From IMG/VR virus record IMGVR_UViG_3300027749_002876, positions 372,001 to 436,000 of that record: a stretch of 64,000 nucleotides of DNA; one strand, written 5' to 3'. The notes under the pieces were generated by a model. The model saw nothing but the letters and a program-made list of their open reading frames with translations, was not told where the DNA came from and searched no databases. The translations under genes and the position numbers were made by a program. This document shows, piece by piece, positions 50,413 to 57,479 of the stretch (position 1 is its first letter; each line of letters begins with the position of its first letter).

Positions 50413-50424
50413 GTTCTTTAAAAA
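50413..50424 (+). promoter_or_regulatory. boxA-like Nus antitermination site
   Basis: GTTCTTTAAAAA fits GYTCTTTAANA, about 35 nt into the leader of a stable-RNA transcript. Confidence 0.65.
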
Positions 50425-50460
50425 GTTAAGTTATCATATAGCCCTGTACAAGTTACAGGG

Positions 50461-50695
50461 ACTATATGTAAACATATTAAGGGTTACCTGATCCGTTAGG
50501 ATGTACGAAGGTTATAAGGGTATCGACGGATACACGCCGAGACATACATCAGGAAGCGTATGATAACGAAAGTTATGAACGTGACGGGCAGTTAGGCAGT
50601 AATGACGAAGTTCAGAGTTCCCGGTGTACAAGCCGGGGTACAGGAGACGGTCCTGGACAGACGAATGTAGTTCCCATAATGTGTTTTCATATAGT
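50461..50695 (+). ncRNA. Stem-bracketed ornate RNA B (about 195-nt core)
   Basis: Closing stem actatatgtaaacatatta/taatgtgttttcatatagt; internal atccgtt/gacggat, catac/gtatg, ataac-GAAA-gttat, cccgg/ccggg, cagga/tcctg. Confidence 0.75.
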
Positions 50696-50825
50696 GTGTT
50701 ATTAGTTTTGCTGATGTAAGCCATGGGGGAAACGTCAACCCTGAGTAACTATGTATATAAACGGTAGTGTGGCCACCAATTCCGTTGAGACATAGCAAAC
50801 AGTGCGTCAGCAAAACTAATAATAT
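50696..50825 (+). ncRNA. Stem-bracketed RNA C
   Basis: ttattagttttgctgatg/cgtcagcaaaactaataa closing stem; internal ctatgt/acatag, aacgg/ccgtt. Confidence 0.7.
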
Positions 50826-50828
50826 TTG

Positions 50829-50904
50829 GCTCGGTTCATCTAGCGGCCTAGGATAGTGCCCTTTCACGGCATTCACACGGGTTCGAATCCCGTACCGAGC
50901 TCCA
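50829..50904 (+). tRNA. tRNA-Glu(TTC)
   Basis: gtgcc-CT-TTC-AC-ggcat, CCA. Confidence 0.95.
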
Positions 50905-51104
50905 GTATCCCGTTACTATTTTCGTTAAAATAGCGTTTGATTAGCGACAGAGATCCGGTGGCAGAAAACCGTTAGCGTGAGGATTAAAAATACCCTCGCA
51001 GGCTCTGATAGGCAGAATCTCAACTGCACACAGACTTTGAATAAATGAGATGGACAGAGTAACCGCTCAATTAAGGGCTGGCGTGGAAACAAGTAGCTTA
51101 TACT
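50905..51104 (+). ncRNA. Unidentified multi-stem RNA between tRNA-Glu and tRNA-Tyr
   Basis: ctatttt/aaaatag, cggt/accg, gcg..gagg/cctcgc, atctca/tgagat stems; no credible ORF. Confidence 0.6.
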
Positions 51105-51110
51105 AATTTT

Positions 51111-51195
51111 GGAGATGAAGCATCAATGGTGATGCAGTGGATTGTAAATCCGCCGCCTTATGGCACGACTGGTTCAATCCCAGTAATCTCCACCA
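51111..51195 (+). tRNA. tRNA-Tyr(GTA)
   Basis: gtgga-TT-GTA-AA-tccgc, long variable arm, CCA. Confidence 0.93.
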
Positions 51196-51200
51196 ATATT

Positions 51201-51275
51201 GGTCTCAAAGTGTTCACGGACGCATACATGCCTGTCACGCATGAGGAGCGGGATCGTTACCCGCTGGGACCGCCA
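51201..51275 (+). tRNA. tRNA-Asp(GTC)
   Basis: catgc-CT-GTC-AC-gcatg; atypical T-loop ATCGTTA. Confidence 0.88.
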
Positions 51276-51281
51276 AAATAT

Positions 51282-51310
51282 TTGACAACAAAAACTATTT
51301 GATATATAAT
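51282..51310 (+). promoter_or_regulatory. Sigma70 promoter
   Basis: TTGACA-17-TATAAT. Confidence 0.85.
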
Positions 51311-51327
51311 ACAGATTGTTTATAAAT

Positions 51328-51412
51328 GCGGGCATGGGGAAATTGGTTAGACCCAATAGACTTAAAATCTATCGCCTTGTGCATCCCGGTTCGAGTCCGG
51401 GTGCCCGCACCA
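51328..51412 (+). tRNA. tRNA-Leu(TAA)
   Basis: ataga-CT-TAA-AA-tctat, long variable arm. Confidence 0.95.
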
Positions 51413-51421
51413 AAGAATGAT

Positions 51422-51498
51422 GCCCCTTTAATTAAATCAGGTTATAATGCCGGCCTCATAAGCCGTTTTTCTGGGTTCAAATCCCAGCGGGGGTACCA
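51422..51498 (+). tRNA. tRNA(CAT), probably Ile2 (lysidine) or Met
   Basis: cggc-CT-CAT-AA-gccg, GCCCC acceptor, CCA. Confidence 0.8.
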
Positions 51499-51506
51499 TG
51501 TATTTA

Positions 51507-51595
51507 GGAGAGTTGGGTGAGTGGTTAAACCAGCAGATTGCTAATCTGTCACTGTGAATAACGGTGCGTGGGTTCGAATCCCACACTCTCCGCCA
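51507..51595 (+). tRNA. tRNA-Ser(GCT)
   Basis: gcaga-TT-GCT-AA-tctgt, long variable arm. Confidence 0.95.
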
Positions 51596-52157
51596 AACTT
51601 TTTAGTAATTCTTCAATGCTAATATTTAAGAATGATAACCCGAAAATAATTCGTGTGGTTTTGATATTTTCCACACTGTGAAAGTTTCTGCTATTCATTA
51701 GATACCAAGTACCAGTATTAAAAAAATATTCTTGTTGTGCAGATACCTCTTTATATGTAAGTACATTTCCTCCTACAGTATCACTTGCTAAATCTTCTTT
51801 ATCATAAAAGATAGTGCTAACATTATCTCCACCTAACTCAATATAAAAATTTATACTTGCTGTTCGCACTCTATCAGAGTGTGGTGGATATGATGCAAAT
51901 TCTATAGGATTTATATTATGTATAACACCAATTGTTGCATATAGTTTATGCTTAAACAATGGCTGGAATTCTTGTGTAGCTATGAGATTAATACTGTCGT
52001 TAGAAAAAAAATCACCAGCGGCACAGTTAATATCAGGACCTTGTATTGAACTGTGCCAATTTCTAGAACTAACATTTATTGGTCGATCTAGAGCGACTGA
52101 TTTAACTAAGTTAATTAAGTTATCAGATGGTTTAGGTAATTGCAAAGTATAAATCAT
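51549..52157 (-). CDS. 2OG-Fe(II) oxygenase-like protein; 3' end overlaps tRNA-Ser on the opposite strand
   Basis: PPHSD..TASINFY...FHSVEN...RIIFG; minus-strand TATAAATA upstream. Confidence 0.6.
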   Translation of the reverse strand: MIYTLQLPKPSDNLINLVKSVALDRPINVSSRNWHSSIQGPDINCAAGDFFSNDSINLIATQEFQPLFKHKLYATIGVIHNINPIEFASYPPHSDRVRTASINFYIELGGDNVSTIFYDKEDLASDTVGGNVLTYKEVSAQQEYFFNTGTWYLMNSRNFHSVENIKTTRIIFGLSFLNISIEELLKSLAESVGFEPTHRYSQ

Positions 52158-52196
52158 TTAATACAGTCTTATGTTTAAGACTGTATTTATACCGAA

Positions 52197-52386
52197 CGTT
52201 CCGGGTGTCTTCGGATAGTGTGACCCACACGATGAGAAGTACAGTGACATGTACGGGTGGTAGTCTTTAAACCTAAAGGCCGCTAGCAATGCGAGAACGG
52301 TCCCTGTCGGGAAGCGGGTGGAAGGAGTGTGTGATGGGTATGATAGCGTCATATCTTGATACTCTATAATTACCGCCGGGGGATGC
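52197..52386 (+). ncRNA. Unidentified GC-rich multi-stem RNA
   Basis: tccggg/cttcgga, ccac/gtgg around gtaca/tgtac, gtcttta/taaaggc, gggtatgat/gtcatatct, ggagtgt/atactct. Confidence 0.7.
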
Positions 52387-52387
52387 A

Positions 52388-52477
52388 GAGCATATTGAAA
52401 TACATTAAAGATAGGGTCGTATCGGTTCATTGAACCTTAGTACATACCAAGGTAGTTAGTGTGTTTCAATATGCTTT
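52388..52477 (+). ncRNA. Stem-bracketed small RNA D
   Basis: agcatattgaaatacattaa/ttagtgtgtttcaatatgct with G-U pairs. Confidence 0.65.
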
Positions 52478-52480
52478 TAT

Positions 52481-52556
52481 GTAGGTGTGTACCGAATGGT
52501 TAGGTAGCGGATTGCAAATCCGTGCTATGCAGGTTCGATCCCTGTCACCTACTCCA
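52481..52556 (+). tRNA. tRNA-Cys(GCA)
   Basis: gcgga-TT-GCA-AA-tccgt, U73, CCA. Confidence 0.95.
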
Positions 52557-52564
52557 GAATATAT

Positions 52565-52638
52565 GCGGGGTTGGCATATTGGTTGTGTCCTAGCCTTCCA
52601 AGCTAGTCAAAGGAGTTCGATTCTCCTACCCCGCTCCA
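52565..52638 (+). tRNA. tRNA-Gly(TCC)
   Basis: ctagc-CT-TCC-AA-gctag, U73, CCA. Confidence 0.95.
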
Positions 52639-52641
52639 AAA

Positions 52642-53202
52642 TTATCGTATAATAAGGTTAGAAAAAAGTTTAACGATATCATCCCATGCTATACGTCTGT
52701 CATTAGTTCGAAGGCTGTAACATTTTCTTGGTCCAATTCCAATTGCTCGGTGTATTGTAGAAGCATTTACTAAGTATGCCTTATTGTTGTTTGTATCATA
52801 CTGTTTGCTAGGAGTAAGTATAGGTTTGTATTTTGTAACTACTCCCCAGTTATCTTTATTTAAAGCCCCACCAGTAATTCCATCTACTTCAACCTCATCA
52901 TGGTCATAAAATTCTAGTACACCTGTACCACCGTCTATCCAATTAATGCCAAACATAAAATCTTCAGGAACTATTGCATCTGAATGCAATGCTCCTTTGA
53001 AATCTGTTTTTTTAAAATAACTTAGTTTACACCAATTTAAACCCAAAAGATTAATATATTCTGGTTTAAAAATATGATCGATTCTATCTAGTCTCATATA
53101 ATTAAATGGTAAATGGTCATCATCAAATCCCTTAAAGGAAGGCAATGTTACCTCACTGAATGCCGGTAAGTTTAACTCATATAGTTGTTCGGATGTAATC
53201 AT
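52642..53202 (-). CDS. 2OG-Fe(II) oxygenase-like protein
   Basis: LHSD...FGINW...IHRA...RKCYSLR. Confidence 0.55.
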   Translation of the reverse strand: MITSEQLYELNLPAFSEVTLPSFKGFDDDHLPFNYMRLDRIDHIFKPEYINLLGLNWCKLSYFKKTDFKGALHSDAIVPEDFMFGINWIDGGTGVLEFYDHDEVEVDGITGGALNKDNWGVVTKYKPILTPSKQYDTNNNKAYLVNASTIHRAIGIGPRKCYSLRTNDRRIAWDDIVKLFSNLIIR

Positions 53203-53230
53203 ATATATATTTAGTTGTTGACCAATAGTA

Positions 53231-53259
53231 TTGACAGATAAATAGTTTTTTGTTATAAT
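53231..53259 (+). promoter_or_regulatory. Sigma70 promoter
   Basis: TTGACA-17-TATAAT with TGn. Confidence 0.85.
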
Positions 53260-53267
53260 AGTAAAAT

Positions 53268-53344
53268 GCCCTGGTGGTGAAATTGGTAGACACAGCGGTC
53301 TTAGAAGCCGTAAGCTGAGAGTTCGAGTCTCTCCTAGGGCACCA
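53268..53344 (+). tRNA. tRNA-Leu(TAG) with short variable region
   Basis: gcggt-CT-TAG-AA-gccgt, only 5 nt before the T-stem. Confidence 0.88.
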
Positions 53345-53420
53345 AACTAAAACATATTAAACAGATGGATACAAGCTGTAGGTATACAGTGGTAACAGAA
53401 TGGTTAGTATGTTTTAGTTT
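53345..53420 (+). ncRNA. Stem-bracketed small RNA E
   Basis: aactaaaacatattaa/ttagtatgttttagtt fills the Leu-Ala spacer. Confidence 0.6.
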
Positions 53421-53494
53421 GGGGGATTGATGTAATGGGAGCCTGGGACCTTTGCAAGGTCTTCGTAACAGTTCGATTCTGTTATCCTCCACCA
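53421..53494 (+). tRNA. tRNA-Ala(TGC)
   Basis: ggacc-TT-TGC-AA-ggtct, G3-U70. Confidence 0.93.
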
Positions 53495-53500
53495 AGATAG

Positions 53501-53575
53501 CGCGGGGTAGAGAAGTAGTAACTCATCAGGCTCATAACCTGAAGATCGGCGGTGCGAATCCGTCCCCCGCATCCA
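53501..53575 (+). tRNA. Initiator tRNA-fMet(CAT)
   Basis: CGCGGGG 5' end with C1:A72 mismatch; tcagg-CT-CAT-AA-cctga. Confidence 0.9.
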
Positions 53576-53579
53576 GTTA

Positions 53580-53656
53580 CGGAGTGTAGCGCAGTCTGGT
53601 AGCGCACCTGGTTTGGGACCAGGGGGTCCAAAGTTCGAATCTTTGTACTCCGACCA
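53580..53656 (+). tRNA. tRNA-Pro(TGG)
   Basis: cctgg-TT-TGG-GA-ccagg, CCA. Confidence 0.95.
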
Positions 53657-53678
53657 TAGTTTTTTAAAAGGAAATGTT

Positions 53679-53846
53679 ATGACATGTAGAGGATATGATT
53701 CACGGGCAGTTAAACTTCCCAAAGCAGTTAAACGTGCGGCAACACTTATTCGTGATGCACATGTACGTGGAGCTTTTATTCGTAGTTTTGTAGAGATTGA
53801 AAAAAGCAATTCACGTACAAGTTCTCGTAAGGATAATAGCAAATGA
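53679..53846 (+). CDS. Small basic hypothetical protein
   Basis: SD AAGGA; 55 aa. Confidence 0.6.
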   Translation: MTCRGYDSRAVKLPKAVKRAATLIRDAHVRGAFIRSFVEIEKSNSRTSSRKDNSK

Positions 53847-54022
53847 CTAAAGGTAGCTTGCCAAGACCATACAGTGTTGATTTAAATACATTTGACAACA
53901 ACTGGAACAATATTTTTCGCAAGCCTGATCCAAGAACTATTGAGGATCAACAGAATGAAGATGAAGCGTTTGAAAAAATTGCTAATCAAACAGAAGTTAA
54001 AGATAGTAACCAAGGTGGTTAA
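53843..54022 (+). CDS. Small phage protein (59 aa)
   Basis: MTKGSLPRP...FDNNWNNIF; ATGA coupling; not in the ORF track. Confidence 0.65.
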   Translation: MTKGSLPRPYSVDLNTFDNNWNNIFRKPDPRTIEDQQNEDEAFEKIANQTEVKDSNQGG

Positions 54023-54027
54023 ATATC

Positions 54028-54103
54028 GGGTCGTTAGCTCAGTTGGTAGAGCGTCTGCCTTACACGCAGAATGTCGGGAGTTCGAGTCTCTCACGACCCA
54101 CCA
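54028..54103 (+). tRNA. tRNA-Val(TAC)
   Basis: tctgc-CT-TAC-AC-gcaga, CCA. Confidence 0.96.
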
Positions 54104-54118
54104 AACAAAGGAGTAATT

Positions 54119-54259
54119 ATGAGCAAAAGTGAAGATGTAATCAACAGAGCATACGGTCACATTGTGAAAGAAGTTAATCCTACAATTAGTTTTGATATAC
54201 TTGTATTTCGTGGTTTCAAATACTATTGGTACAAGTTGATTAGAAAAGTAACAAGATAA
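54119..54259 (+). CDS. Small hypothetical protein
   Basis: SD AAGGAG; 46 aa. Confidence 0.55.
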   Translation: MSKSEDVINRAYGHIVKEVNPTISFDILVFRGFKYYWYKLIRKVTR

Positions 54260-54284
54260 CCAAGTTTAACAATAGAAAGATGAT

Positions 54285-54506
54285 ATGACTGAAAGCAGAG
54301 CAAGATATACAAGTGAAGAAGCCGCACTCATGGTCGGTAGTCGATTTGATTTAGTTCTTATTGCCTCACAACGTGTAAGAGAATTAAAGCGTGGGCATAA
54401 ATCATTGCTCAATACAAAAGCAGGACCCACTGTAACTGCATTAATGGAAATTGAAGCTGGACTAGTTGGACGAGAATATCTCAAACGTATTAGAAAAAAT
54501 TTATAA
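54285..54506 (+). CDS. rpoZ: RNA polymerase omega subunit homologue
   Basis: ARYTSEEA...GSRFDLVLIASQRVREL...PTVTALMEIEAGLV aligns with RpoZ GNRFDLVLVAARRARQ...TVIALREIEEGLI. Confidence 0.88.
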   Translation: MTESRARYTSEEAALMVGSRFDLVLIASQRVRELKRGHKSLLNTKAGPTVTALMEIEAGLVGREYLKRIRKNL

Positions 54507-54511
54507 ACAAT

Positions 54512-54585
54512 GTCTCTCTAGTATAATGGCAGTACTGCGGTCTCCAAAACCGTTAGTGGGGGTTCGAGTCCCTCGGGGGATGCCA
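54512..54585 (+). tRNA. tRNA-Trp(CCA)
   Basis: gcggt-CT-CCA-AA-accgt, CCA. Confidence 0.93.
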
Positions 54586-54630
54586 AATAAGTAGTATAAT
54601 TGATATTTTTTAAAAAAAATATAGGTCCAC

Positions 54631-55275
54631 TTATTTTTTATTAATAGAAGAAACTTGTGCTGTTCTAATTATATGACCGACAGGATCAACGGATTTACAC
54701 TTATCTCCGTGCCATCTTTTAAGATTGCCATTTGATACTATAAATCCGCAATGTTGACATGTGTATTTAGGGGGCGACATTCCTTTGTTAGTTGTTTTGC
54801 CTTTTCGGTAAGCAGATAGTTTTGCTCTTTTTTGGTCTGATCCGATTTTGCCGGTATTTGATATAGCAATATTTTTTTTGTGTTCTTCTGATTTAGGACG
54901 ACCTTTTCCTGCTATGGACATTTTATTTCTTGTTTTTTCAGTTAATATATTAACCCTACGAAATATTTCTACGTTTGAATTCGGGTCATGATATTTGCCA
55001 TTTAATAACAACGGGTTCCCCCATTCTTGTTTAATTGTAATTTGTTCTTGTTGCCAGCACTTGACAGAATCTATATTTCTATATATAATCTCTATTATAA
55101 ATGCCTCTTTTCCGTACTGTTTTATATCTTTCTTTATACGAGTAGAAGATGTAAAATATATTATCCAAAGGTCATGTTCTGGAGTAATTCCAAGTGTTTG
55201 GTTTTTATAGCGGTACCCGTAGTAAAATTCGCTAGTAATTTTGTTAGTTATTTTGTAAACATAAGCGTCAATCAT
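54631..55275 (-). mobile_element. GIY-YIG/NUMOD3 (Seg-like) homing endonuclease
   Basis: YVYKITNK...YYGYR...YFTSS; KSEEHKKNI repeats; CQHCG...RWHGDKCK. Confidence 0.85.
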
Positions 55276-55317
55276 ATATTGTCCTTGTTTATCTATTTAT
55301 CATTTAGGAGATGTTTT

Positions 55318-55902
55318 ATGCCAAAAGTTTTTCTTTATTCTGACCCACATTTTGGGCACGCCGGCGTTTGTAAATTTACACGTAATGATGGTATTACAAA
55401 ATTAAGGCCATGGACTGATCCAGATGAAATGGATGAAGAATTAGTCCGACGATACAATGAAGTGGTAGGCCCCAAAGACAAGTGCTATTTTTTGGGAGAT
55501 GTAGTTATCAATCGCAAAGCATTATCTACCGTAGGCCGCTTAAATGGCGACAAAGTATTGATTCGTGGTAACCACGATATCTTCCGTGATGATGAGTATA
55601 GATTATACTTCCGTGAATTGCGCGCCTATCATGTTATGAATGGAATGATATTAAGTCATATACCTATTCATACTGAATCCTTAGGTCGTTTTGGAACTAA
55701 CATTCACGGTCACTTACACGCCAATCGTGTAATGATGGAACCTGTGGGCAAGTATGGCATTCCTATAATTGATGCTAGATATCATTGTGTATGCGTTGAG
55801 CATACAGATTACACACCTATACTGTTTGAAGATGTTATCAAACGTATTGAAAGTGAAGGTGGTAGTGTAGGTTTCAAAAACGGCAACGGACCTACAATGT
55901 AA
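55318..55902 (+). CDS. Calcineurin-like metallophosphoesterase
   Basis: SDPHFGH, LGDV, GNHD, SHIP, HGHLH; SD AGGAG. Confidence 0.92.
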   Translation: MPKVFLYSDPHFGHAGVCKFTRNDGITKLRPWTDPDEMDEELVRRYNEVVGPKDKCYFLGDVVINRKALSTVGRLNGDKVLIRGNHDIFRDDEYRLYFRELRAYHVMNGMILSHIPIHTESLGRFGTNIHGHLHANRVMMEPVGKYGIPIIDARYHCVCVEHTDYTPILFEDVIKRIESEGGSVGFKNGNGPTM

Positions 55903-55927
55903 AATAGGACCTTCGGGTCCTATTTTT
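55901..55927. terminator. Bidirectional intrinsic terminator
   Basis: aaaataggacc-TTCG-ggtcctatttt between convergent genes. Confidence 0.9.
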
Positions 55928-56522
55928 ATTTACAGCCTATAATCATATAACGATTATATCCATTTTCTTTATATTGTACATGTTTTTGTCCGGAATACAA
56001 TAATTTATTTAGATTAAACTTATTAATTAACTCATCTAAACTACTAGTGGTTTGTTTTATATACCAGGGAAATTTAGGATCCGATATATCGGTAGTTTGA
56101 ATACATACTAAACTATTATTAGGAACTGTATCATACCATTTATTACTATCCATCTGGTCTATACTACAGTTTATAAAAATAGAGTCATTACAATTACTAA
56201 AATCATAATCATTAACATCCTGTATATGATTATGTACATTTGGTTTCTCATACTGCCACATATCACATACACGATTAGCCGTAGTAATTGCTTCTGGATT
56301 TATATCATAACCGTATACCGTATTATAAAATTCAGGTTTGCGAGTAATTAACATAAATGCTAGTAAGTTATCCCAACATCCTAATACATGTAACGTAGGA
56401 TCTTTAACGAATTCGCTATACATTACAATTTCTAATTCCTCACATAACCATAACTTACTTTTTATTAAGCCATGATAAAAGGATTCATGTGTATCAAATT
56501 TATTTGAATTTGTCATTTTCAT
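55926..56522 (-). CDS. SAM-dependent methyltransferase-like protein
   Basis: KSKLWL...VLGCW...GYDINP...INCS. Confidence 0.6.
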   Translation of the reverse strand: MKMTNSNKFDTHESFYHGLIKSKLWLCEELEIVMYSEFVKDPTLHVLGCWDNLLAFMLITRKPEFYNTVYGYDINPEAITTANRVCDMWQYEKPNVHNHIQDVNDYDFSNCNDSIFINCSIDQMDSNKWYDTVPNNSLVCIQTTDISDPKFPWYIKQTTSSLDELINKFNLNKLLYSGQKHVQYKENGYNRYMIIGCK

Positions 56523-57405
56523 TAACCAATGTATCTAAAAGGGTTTTTATGGTATTATTCCATTTAATTTGATGCCAAGTAGGCTTTAATTTTTTAATTA
56601 AATCTATTCTATATATAGATAGATTAAAGGTTTGTGTTTTAAGCTGTTCCCAGCCGTGACTTTTTATTCTTTTTTCTAATTTTGGGTACATTATTTGATA
56701 CATCCGAGATTTAAAACTAGAAATAGTATCACCTTCCATTGGATTATCTAAATGTATTTGTATAAGTTTAATGGAAGAATCTAAACTGTAACTTATCATA
56801 TTTCCTATTCCATTAATACCTTTATCAAGCATAAATCTTTCATAACTTGCAAACTCTAATCTAAATGGGGACAGTACCGGATTCTCATTATGAGTTTGTG
56901 CCCAAGGCCAATCCCCTCCTATTATAGGGAAATAACTACATTGTTCAATTAACCATAAATGTGTGGCTACGTGAGGTTCTATGATATAATAAGGAGTCAA
57001 ATATTTTAAATGATCACCATTTTGAAAAAACTTATCAGCATTCAATTCAACCAGTTTATGACTTATACCATTCTCCCTACAAAATTTTTCAGCATAATAT
57101 ATATCATGTGTATTGATTATCATACCATCTACTTTTATAATTAAAGTAATTGCTATTACAGGTATACTGTTTTTAATACATGACAATAATACCAATTCAC
57201 TATCCAACCCACCACTATACAATACTTCCACATATTTGGTTTGTCTAATAGATAAATGGTCATTAAATATATCAGTAATACTTCGATTACTATTAAACGG
57301 AACATCTAATATTTCTGTAGTGAAATTATGGATAGTATCACTTAATTCTAAGGTACATTTTTTAAACCCATTCAATCCAACATTCCATTCAATAATATTT
57401 TTCAT
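56500..57405 (-). CDS. PP-loop ATP pyrophosphatase-like protein (paralog of 40947)
   Basis: VLYSGGLDSE, IIGGD, KSHGWE. Confidence 0.7.
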   Translation of the reverse strand: MKNIIEWNVGLNGFKKCTLELSDTIHNFTTEILDVPFNSNRSITDIFNDHLSIRQTKYVEVLYSGGLDSELVLLSCIKNSIPVIAITLIIKVDGMIINTHDIYYAEKFCRENGISHKLVELNADKFFQNGDHLKYLTPYYIIEPHVATHLWLIEQCSYFPIIGGDWPWAQTHNENPVLSPFRLEFASYERFMLDKGINGIGNMISYSLDSSIKLIQIHLDNPMEGDTISSFKSRMYQIMYPKLEKRIKSHGWEQLKTQTFNLSIYRIDLIKKLKPTWHQIKWNNTIKTLLDTLVNENDKFK

Positions 57406-57479
57406 GTCAATATTTAGCGTAAATAATAGCATATTATTAAATTTGTGCTAAATACGATTAACACACCCCAAGGATTAAA

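Noticed and set aside
50480-50676. tmRNA
   Set aside because: No GGGG...TCCACCA alanine acceptor, T-arm or tag reading frame ending in AA-stop.
50711-50740. Hammerhead ribozyme (ctgatg...gaaac)
   Set aside because: The core reads CUGAUGU rather than CUGANGA and stems II/III do not form convincingly.
52197-52386. RNase P or SRP RNA
   Set aside because: Lacks the GAGGAAAGUCC RNase P signature and the SRP helix 8 motif.
45366-54160. Short ORF-track entries overlapping tRNAs or ncRNAs (45366-45572, 46537-46728, 50512-50876, 51174-51520, 53414-53842, 53882-54160)
   Set aside because: Explained by the RNA genes they overlap; no coding signals.
44300-54600. CRISPR array
   Set aside because: No regularly spaced direct repeats and no cas genes; the recurring elements are dispersed inverted stems.
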